From NCBI RefSeq assembly GCF_009914755.1, contig NC_060925.1: DNA of 64,000 nt. One strand, 5' to 3'. The notes below the pieces were generated by a model. That model ran no database searches. It was not told the DNA's origin and saw only the letters and a list, made by a program, of their open reading frames with translations. Position 1 is the first letter of the stretch. The number at the start of each line of letters is the position of its first letter. Both the position numbers and the translations under genes were made by a program. This DNA comes from the human T2T-CHM13v2.0 reference genome, Homo sapiens. Of the stretch, positions 42,902-64,000 are shown piece after piece.

Positions 42902-42925
42902 TGTGTGTGTGTGTGTGTGTGTGTG
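42902..42925. repeat. (TG)n microsatellite
   Basis: About 12 TG units seen directly. Confidence 0.95.
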
Positions 42926-44305
42926 CATTTATATACATACATATGATAAAGCAGATATCTCTACCTACATTTTACATATAATGATACTGAGGCTTAGTTA
43001 CAGACATTACCTTGGTCCCGTAGCTCCAAAGCCTATGCATTTTCCACTTTGACAGCTTTAAAAACTTTCATTAGGTATCCTGAATGTGGAGAGGTTTCAT
43101 AAACATCCCATAATAGGAACTCTTATATCCCTCTCTCTAAGCAATCCTTTGGCTTTCCAGAACAAAACCATTTCATGAAAGGGGATAACATGCACTAAAG
43201 TCACTCAGAGAAAGCCACTCACGATCTCACCTGGCCCAGGCAGACAGTGCTTTCAGTATATTTAGGTCAGAGGGAAAAAGACACGGAGTTTAACTCATGT
43301 CTTATTCTATGCATTGGCCATGTTGGACTGAACAGTCAGGGAACTGATGGCCAAAAGGAAAACTCAGCATTAGAGACATGATTGCTTCAGCAACTACATC
43401 TAGTCCCAGGGGCTCCTCAGTCCATGAATGAGTCATTAGAAGTAACAACGACAAAAAAAAAAAAAAAAAAAAAAAAGAATCATCCCTTATCACACCATGG
43501 CTATATGAAGAAAATTACCAACATGAAAAAAGAAGGGCCAGTGTTTGGCTTTCTTATGACTGAGTAGGAGTAACTATGTAGCTGTCCTAAATGAATTCGG
43601 TCATTAATATAGAGAAAATTTTTTCATGTAAAAATGTCTTCATTTGCTAGCTATAAATACTATCTCTATAAATACTATCTCAATAAGGAATGACATAATC
43701 TGAAACCAGGTTCTCCTTCTCTATAATTATATTCAAATTGCCCAAAGTCCATCTGTACTGTCAAATGAAACAGAAATGGGGCCAGAATTCCAGTGACTCA
43801 GGCAAAACTTCCTGGCAAACTTGTGGAGACTTTTTTTCTACACCAGAATTGTTCCCTTTGCTGCAACTGCCTTCATTTTCCTCTTAGTTCTAGAGGTGAA
43901 GGCTATTTAGAAACAGAATAAAGAGCTAAAATTTTCAAGCTTTCAAGGCAGGGTAAAGAGGGGCCAGGGGAATGTGTATGTGTGGTCACATGTATGTGGG
44001 CACATGTGTGTTAAGTTTGATGCATAGGTTGGGGGAAGTGGGTACGGTTTGAAAGAGGATACCAAAAGCAAACTTAATCTTAATCCTCCCCCTCCCAAAA
44101 ACATGGCTCAGGAATCAATCAGGCAAGAACTAGAAAATTGGTCTGGGGGTCATGAAATCTAATCTTTAGTCCACCAGCAATAAGACTTTCAAAAAGTCAA
44201 TTGCTCCTGACTCTTGTCTTCTCTTTTCATAAAATTTTCAACATCCACACAGGAATATTGGGAATAAAATTAAATAACAGCTACGAAAAGGATGCGAGAA
44301 TACTT

Positions 44306-50510
<6,205 letters not shown>

Positions 50511-52689
50511 ATGCGAGAATACTTAAAGCTTTATTATTGCAAGATATGCTGAGAACCGTTTACAAATTCAGATAAACCTAAAATAAATGAACCACAATAA
50601 TACATGCCATGTCTATTGCAATAAGCCATCACCAGGATTAATCTATCTCCTGATAGCAGGATAAATACTTAGAAGCAACATATTTGAAAGTATTGCCCCA
50701 AGACCTAATAAATGACCATGACGACTAACTTGGGGAACCAGAATTGGAATTGGATTATGTGAGAACAGAAGGCCTATAAACACTCTAAACAAATGTTTCT
50801 GTTTAATATGTGAGGCCCAGCAGTGAAGCAGTGTTCATGTTGGAGTGGAGTGAAGACAAAGAAAACCAGATTCTCTCTAGAAGAAAAACAAAATGAAATG
50901 GAAGTTATGTTTTATGATTTGCTGCCTGCTTGAGATTAGACCTGACAATGTTCAATAAAGCAAATAAATTTCATTCACTGAAATGCTGGTGCTGACCAAC
51001 TAGCTTTGTGTGTCTCTATCATGGCTTGGAAACTGACATGCTTATAATAGGATGAAAATAATAGATGTTCAATGTAGCTCCTTAGATAACATTTTTTTTC
51101 TTTTTGCAAAAGTGGTGCTACTGTCACACATTTTAGGTTGCTTTTCCACATATGAGTTGAATCAAACAGTGACATCTTCATACCCTCTGTAAGTACCTCC
51201 ATGTTCATGGGCTGGCCCACAAGTGGCAAAAGAAAGTGGGCCAAGTTTTGTGCTTTTTCAATGCATCTGCTCCACACAAGGATCACCCTCTCCTAAATTC
51301 AAGACTCAGAGATGTTAACTTGTGCTGTGGATACATTTTTTTAACAAACTTCCAATATGTTTATGAAGCAAAAACAAAGGCAAAAGACACAAAATACTAC
51401 TTTTGTGAATAGAAATAGATATCAAAGCCAGTCTGTGAGTTTTCTTGTTATAGCCACGAGCTGAGATTTGCTCCTCAGCTGGGATATACGCAAACCAGTG
51501 TTAGAATCTATCCATTTCTATACTCAAATATTGAGTTGCTTCTGACATCTATGTAGCCAGCCACAACAGTGCTGTCTTCAAGGGCATACCCTCTAAAATA
51601 GGGAGTCTAAAGAGCCATAAACCTGATATGCCCTAGTGCTTCTTAACATCAGGCTCTTAATAAAGGGTTTTTGTTGTTGTTGTCAAGGAACAGAAATGAG
51701 AAAAAGCTGCCAAGCAGTTATAATTTGGAGTATCTTGTGTGTAGCACTTCAAGAGATTTAAAACTTCAAGAGATCCAAATGCAGTGAAAACCATCGGGGC
51801 TCTCAGGATAATCTATAGGTATCGAGATACCTGTGCCTAGAGAGAGTTCCATTCTTCCTGAAAAATATTTCATTATTACCTGATGAGTCACTTATTTCAT
51901 TTTCCACTCTCCTAAATTACTGTTTGATTTTTATTTTTATAAGTGGCACTTTGTAACTAGCCCAATTTATTTTAAAAGCTTCTAAGTGTTTTCTCTTCCC
52001 TAGTCCCTACTATTTCTTCTGTGTGATTGCAGAAAAGCTACTGTGTTATGAACATGCTGCACTGCTCTGTATATTCACCTTCCTGGGCAAATACTCAGCT
52101 CATCTGATATTTAATGTGTCTTTCTTGCTGACCCTTCAGGGTACATATCTCCCCCACCACATCCAATAAGCATGATGGATTACATTCAATTTAGCTAATG
52201 CAGACCTGTAACTAATTACAGCAGCATCTCAAATGAGGCTGGAGTTACAGCCTTGCCAAAGTGCCCTTTATCAACAGCTTGTTTCCAGAGATTTATACAG
52301 CAAGGATGGTGAATTCAATTGTAAATATGAGAAGAGGGTATAATGGCTAAGCTGCCAACACCAAGGGCTGTGAGTCCTAATTATTGAAGGAGATAGATCC
52401 ATGGATCCTTGGAGCAAATGAAGAAAAATGTATATTGCAGCATCCCGGAGGGGCCTGCTGGCCGTTACTCATGTTACTTACTCATGTTACCCAGTGTTAT
52501 GCTAGGCAGATTTGGTGGCTAGCAGGGTGCCCAAAGGTCAAGAAAAGATTCATGATAATCTCGACAAGCTACTGTTTTGACATTCCAAGTGTGACCCTGG
52601 GCAAGGTACCCTCTCTTGATCTCAGGCTCCCCATCAGTAAGATGGAAAGGCAGCAGAGCCTGGTTTCTAAACCTAGCTGCATCCCTGAG

Positions 52690-52860
52690 GGGCTCTCTAA
52701 GTTGAGAGTAAGTTACTCAACCTTTCTAAACTTTAGTTTACTCAACAGCAAAACAGAAATAAGAATAACTACCTTGCACAATTGTGAGGATTTAATGTGA
52801 TAATGTTTATAAAACATCAACAGAATGTCTAGCACATATTAGGACCTCAATAAATAACCA
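52690..52860 (+). mobile_element. MIR SINE
   Basis: AAGTTACTCAACCTTTCTAAACTTTAGTTTACTCAAC...GTGAGGATTTAATGTGATAATG...CTCAATAAATA. Confidence 0.7.
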
Positions 52861-53124
52861 ATATTTGGTTCCAAGATTAGTATTTCATCCATTTTGATTA
52901 TAAGAATCAAAATGAAATTGCATATGGAAAAGAGCTATGAAAAAATATTAAGTGCTAAGGCATTATAATACAGAGTTTACCTAGAACCCCACAATAAAAT
53001 GGACAATCCATGTTTTGCTTTACCAACATAGACTATGGGAAAACAGGCAGGAAGGAATTCTCTCTAAAGGCCCTTACTTTGCTCCTTACTGTATAAAATG
53101 ATATAAAATGAATTGCAGAAAGAG

Positions 53125-53845
53125 TCCTCAAAAAAACTAAAAATAAAATTACCATATGTCCCAGAATCCCACTTCTGGGTATATATCTAAAGGAAATGAA
53201 ATCAGTATGTCAAAAAGATATCTGCATGCTCATCTTCACTGCAGGCATTACTATTCACAATAGGCAAGATATGGAATCAAGCTAAGTGTCCATGGTTGGA
53301 TGAATGGACAAAGAAAACGTAGTATATACACACACTGGAAAATTATACAGCGTTTTTTAAGAAGAAAATCTTGTCATTTGCAACACCATGGGTAAACCTG
53401 GAAGACATTATGCTAAATGAAATAAGCCAGACACAGAAAGACAAATACTGCATGATCTCACTTACATTTGGAATCAAAAAAAGTCAAACCCGTAGAAGTA
53501 TTGAGTAGAATGGTGGTTAACAGAGGCTGAGGAGGCAGGGGGAGTGGAGGAGATGTTGGTCAAAGGGTACAAAGTTTCAGTTAGACAGGAGGAATAAGTT
53601 TTAGTGATCTATTGCTCAACATGGTGACCATAGTTAATGTATTATACATCTCAAAATTGCCAGAAGGTTTTCTGTTCTTGCCACACACACACACACACAC
53701 ACACATAACACATACACACATACACACCAGAAAAAAAAGGTGTTACATATGTTAATTAGCTTGATTTAATCATCCCACAATGATCAAAATATCCCATTGT
53801 ACCCCATAAATACAGATAATTATTTGTCAATAAAAATAAAGTAAG
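53125..53845 (+). mobile_element. L1MA-type 3' end containing a (CA)n tract
   Basis: CCCACTTCTGGGTATATATCTAAAGGAAATGAAATCAGTATGTC...GGGTACAAAGTTTCAGTTAGACAGGAGGAATAAGTT...CAATAAAAATAAA. (CA)n at 53682-53727. Confidence 0.88.
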
Positions 53846-56839
53846 ATTTAAATTGTTTTTAAAGGATGAAAACCAGAAAGCAGAAAGCAGAATTAGCCCT
53901 TAGCACTGCCAGTCTGGTCTGACCTTTAGAGCTGGCTTTAATGTAAAATCTCTCCTGAGATTGGGGCCTCCCCTTTTAGTCAAGGCTCCAGCATGCAGAG
54001 AGTGGATGATCATCAAGAGGCTCAAGCTCAAATCCTCAGGAATAAATAGTAATACATAAAGAGGAGTTTCCCAAAAGCAATACTTCCCAGGATCAAGTAC
54101 CTTTGTGAGGTTAGTAATTGTTCTTTTGGATCATTTCCTAGGCTGACAACAACACTAGTCACTAAATGCTAACAATGTGGGCACTGCAGTAATCTACATA
54201 CATATCTAATTTAATCCCTACAACACCTTGCAAGTAGACACTGCCCTTATTAAAGATGAGAACACCGCAATTCAGAGGATAACCAATATCTGTAATCTAT
54301 AAGTACAAGCACGTATCTAATAAGAGACAGAGTCAAACAGGCGATTGTTATTTTGTCATGCCCTTCTACATAACAGTGAAAGATACTGTTGTTTGACCAC
54401 CTGATGATTCTATCTGCCAATCTCTGGTTATATCTTTCTTGCAGACCTAGCTCAAAATCCTCAACCTGAAGAAATTATATTCCCTCTAAAATTCCCAAGG
54501 CGCTAAACAGAGCACTCATTTCTGGTGCTATTTAATCAATCACTGCTGAATAAATACAGGGGTAAGGCAGCATGTTTTTGTCATATCTTTCCCAAAGACA
54601 CAAAACACATTCATATTTTTTATTTCATCAGTTCTAGTGGCTGCTTTTTTAACATATTTTTTTGGATTGAGACATAAATAAGGGGTTCTATAAAACATTT
54701 TAAGTGGCATTATTTGCAAGGTCTCCTTCTTTCCTCTAAGTGTTACCATGCTATTTGTTGCCTTTTCTGTTCAAATGGAATCTTTTCGTTTTTATACATC
54801 CATTTCAAAAAAATCTGGTTATATAAAATGTAACTTAAAAAAGAAGTCTCCTATATTGCTTAGCATGTTTTAGTTTCTATTTTTTCTTTATGCTTTCCCT
54901 TAATGAGACTTCTCCTACCTTTTCTAAATAGCCCCAAATGGATCTGCCAACTTGTTTACAACATGCTTAAACCTACACTCACCATTTGCACTACTTTCAT
55001 GGGTCTGTCTTTGCACGAGTAGGGAGAGGACAAGCTGTCTCCAGCACCTCCACCCATGTCTCTGAGGCAGGTCATGCTCTCAGAAGTCTCCCTCTAGGCC
55101 CCCACCCACATCGCTGTGATCTGACAGTGGAGCACACACTCCTTTCTCACTCACTTAAGCTTGCCCAACCCTCCCTGCTTACGTCAGCCCCCCACTGCTA
55201 CTCTCACAATTATAACGATTAGAAATATGTACACTATTTTAAGTTACTTTGATTAATATGTAAACATATAACAAATAACATGTCATTAAATTTTAAGCAG
55301 CCTGGTGGGAGAGATGATGTTTCCAAGGGACTTTTCCTGACCATCTCATATCACCCACTAAGGAGTTTCTCATTCTACCGAAAAGGAATGATTCTTATGC
55401 ACTTTAATTTCCAATATGTGTATAATAACATTCATGTAGTCAATTACTAAGCACTGATCTCCATCTTCACCTTCAAAAACTTTCAAAATATTAAAAAGGT
55501 AACAGTACACAAAGTTAAACTACTGCTTCCTACTCTAGTTCTTACAAAAGCCTCCATCGTTGATTGTCAATACTCTCTTCCCTCCTAACCAACACCCTGA
55601 GATACACTTCAGCTAATGTGCAAACCTTATGTCTTAACAGAAATTTCCTGTGCTTGGAGAAATACATTTAACACTCATTCCCATGAAAAGTTTTAATACT
55701 CAAAACTGTTTATTATAGTTTCACATTCTTTGTGCTCCCTTTTCTATATACTGTGGCCATGACGTGTTGTTGGCTATGAGCTGAATAGTTCCAAAGAAAC
55801 CAGAATTATCTAAGCTAAATTTGACCCCTAATTGTAGCAAACCTAAGGCTAAACAAGACATCATCCAAATATTAAGTAACTCTGGGATCTCAAGTGAGAA
55901 CAAGATTTGTTCTCTCACTAGCTGTGTGCTTCCTGACAAAGTCACCAACCTCTATGTGTCTCTGACTTCATCAGTAGTCAGAAGGTAATATAAAAAAAAA
56001 TGTGTGCTTATAGGGGTTTTATGACGTTCAAAGAAAAGAAAAAATGTAAAAATAAACAGTAATGATGCACTATATAAATATTCATTATCTTAGTGTTCAT
56101 AAAGAAAATATCTAAAGTTTAAAATGTAATAAAAAAATTAAAGCATAATGTTAACTAACTCAAAACACAAAATTGCTGACATTCTGACATTCTCCTATAA
56201 ACATACTAGACTTCCATTCATGAATAGTTGGTATTAATCATACTCAAATGATGATACCACTAATTGTTCAGCATTATAATTAAAATAAAAAGATATTTTC
56301 TGTAGACTTGTTTTTTCTTACTATCTCATGTGATCTTGATTCACCCATTCATTGTTTTCCTCATTCCATCAATATCTGAATGCCTATTGTGTGCCAGCAA
56401 CTGTGCTAAGTGCCACAACTTGCAAAGGAATAAGACACAATCCCTTCTCACTAGTCAAATTGAGTTGAGTCATAATTAATCATGTAAGAAGATTATACAA
56501 CATAAAAATATTTTGGTTTGTGTAAAGAATATTGTAGGAATGCAAAAAAGAAAGTCACCAAGCCAGCCTAAGAGAGTCTTCAAGGAGATGGTAGTCTGTG
56601 CAGGGTCTTAAAGGATAGGCCCCCTTCTAAGTTCTTGCTAGAGAAAAGCACCAGGTTCAACAAAAAGGGGAAGAACTTCATAGTGTGAAGACAAAGGATC
56701 TGGTTAGCACAAAAACATAATTGTAATCGTTTAGAAAATAATTATGTAGGCCAGGGGTCAGTCTAAACTCAATTTTTGTAGTCAACGCCCTTCAAAATCT
56801 GGCTTCTACCTAACTTTTCAATGTTATACCCCAGTAGAT

Positions 56840-57078
56840 GTGCAGCACACCAGTTGAAAGTATATGCTAGAATCAAACAAGCCTGTATTCAAATCCCACC
56901 CCAAGATGACTGTTAGAGTAGACTTGGGCAGATGAAAACCTTTCTGAGCCTCTGTTTCCTCACGTATAAAAATGGAATGATGATATGCCAGATTCATTAG
57001 ATTCTTATGAGGAGTTCAAGAGTTGAGATGTATAAAGTATTTAGCACTTATTAAACACTTAAGTTCTCAAAAAACATT
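56840..57078 (+). mobile_element. MIR SINE
   Basis: GACTTGGGCAGATG...TTTCTGAGCCTCTGTTTCCTCACGTATAAAATGG is the MIR core. Confidence 0.7.
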
Positions 57079-57084
57079 AGCCAA

Positions 57085-57510
57085 GTCTTCTAATTGTCTA
57101 CCCAATATCCATTTCCCATTCCTTCTTGCTAAAGAATCTCTATTTTGGTGGGGCACCATCTACCAAGCTAAGAACTATATTCCTTCCATTCTCTTACACA
57201 GAGAGGTGACAATATCACACAATTCTGACCACTGAGATATTAAGTAGAAGTCACTGGACAGGCTTCCAAAAAATCTTTAAAAGAGGAACAGATTCAAGAG
57301 GCTTATGTTTTTCTGCCTTTTGCCATTCTTCCTTTTTTCCCCTTGGAACATAAACTTGATGACTAGAACTGGAGCAGCCATTCTGTGACTGCATGAAAGA
57401 ATGAGAGAATCACAGAAATCTTGGCCCAGATAAACTTAAGCCACTAAATTAACACAGCAATTGTCTGCCAATGGATTCTAATGCTGTGGGAAAAAATAAA
57501 CCCCTATCTC
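57085..57510 (+). mobile_element. MLT1-like (ERVL-MaLR) solo LTR
   Basis: CTACCCAATATCCATTTCCC...CTGGAGCAGCCATTCTGTGAC...GAAAAAATAAACCCCTATCT, an LTR-type poly(A) signal context. Confidence 0.65.
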
Positions 57511-57583
57511 CAGGCCTGGAAAGCATGAGGATTAAGATGTGCTTCCTAAACTTACAGTACACACACAACTCTTAATATTTAAG

Positions 57584-57912
57584 CAGACCCAAAACACCTT
57601 ACCCAAATGCCTTAGGCCCAGAAAGGCTGCAGAATTCAGATAGCTAATAGGGTCCATTTATCATATACTACCAAATACCCCTAAACAGAATTGGGCAGCA
57701 CCCTGTCCTCAAGCATAGGAATATTTTTGCAGAGAAATGTATGAATATTCAGACTAAGTGAGATATGTCAAGACCCTAAGTAGTAAACATCAACTCAGGT
57801 CAGGTATCTTCAAGTACAGTCAGGCCAACAGAGATTTTGCCACTAAATAGGTTACATTCATGTTTCTCAGCTTTTGGGATTTGGGGATTGTGTATAATGG
57901 ACCATGGATCTG
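57584..57912. mobile_element. MER46C-like TcMar-Tigger DNA transposon fossil
   Basis: Degenerate inverted ends CAGACCCAAAACACCTTA... and ...TAATGGACCATGGATCTG followed by TA. Confidence 0.6.
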
Positions 57913-58069
57913 TAGTAAAAGACAGAATGTATCTATAATCCAAGTGTAAGTAATATGCTGTGGGGGCTGAATAGAAAAATATATTATACCTGGCTCAGAG
58001 GAATCAGAAAAAGTATCTCGAGTAAAGGAACCCCTGAGCTTAAACCATAATTGATGATTAAGATTTTTG

Positions 58070-64000
<5,931 letters not shown>

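Overview
Primate (human or great-ape-like) AT-rich, non-coding DNA dominated by retrotransposons, probably a large intron or an intergenic region. I could not support any host protein-coding exon, RNA gene or CRISPR array. The long ORFs in the track are decayed LINE-1 ORF1/ORF2/ORF0 fragments or Alu read-throughs. About 27 kb is L1PA sequence: two full-length minus-strand L1s (15989-22127, L1PA6-like; 44306-50510, L1PA4-like), a plus-strand L1PA4-like element with an intact 5' end that runs off the window (58070-64000), an internally deleted L1PA7-like copy (25268-29436), two young 5'-truncated L1PA2/3-like inserts and two 5'-inverted L1s. There are also 8 Alus, old L1M/L2/MIR fragments, an MLT1-like LTR and three DNA-transposon fossils. 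The main signal is that independently inserted L1s of different ages in this one locus share many apparently non-consensus point variants in a patchwork pattern. This suggests a local L1-to-L1 gene-conversion network, strongest between the head-to-head pair flanking a 7.5 kb spacer. Other notable items are a 353-bp ORF2 triplication with a recombinant middle unit, a 136-bp out-and-back templated insertion, and a triplicated 17-mer in the ZNF93-target segment of an L1 5'UTR. Subfamily calls and consensus states are from memory and need RepeatMasker/Dfam confirmation.
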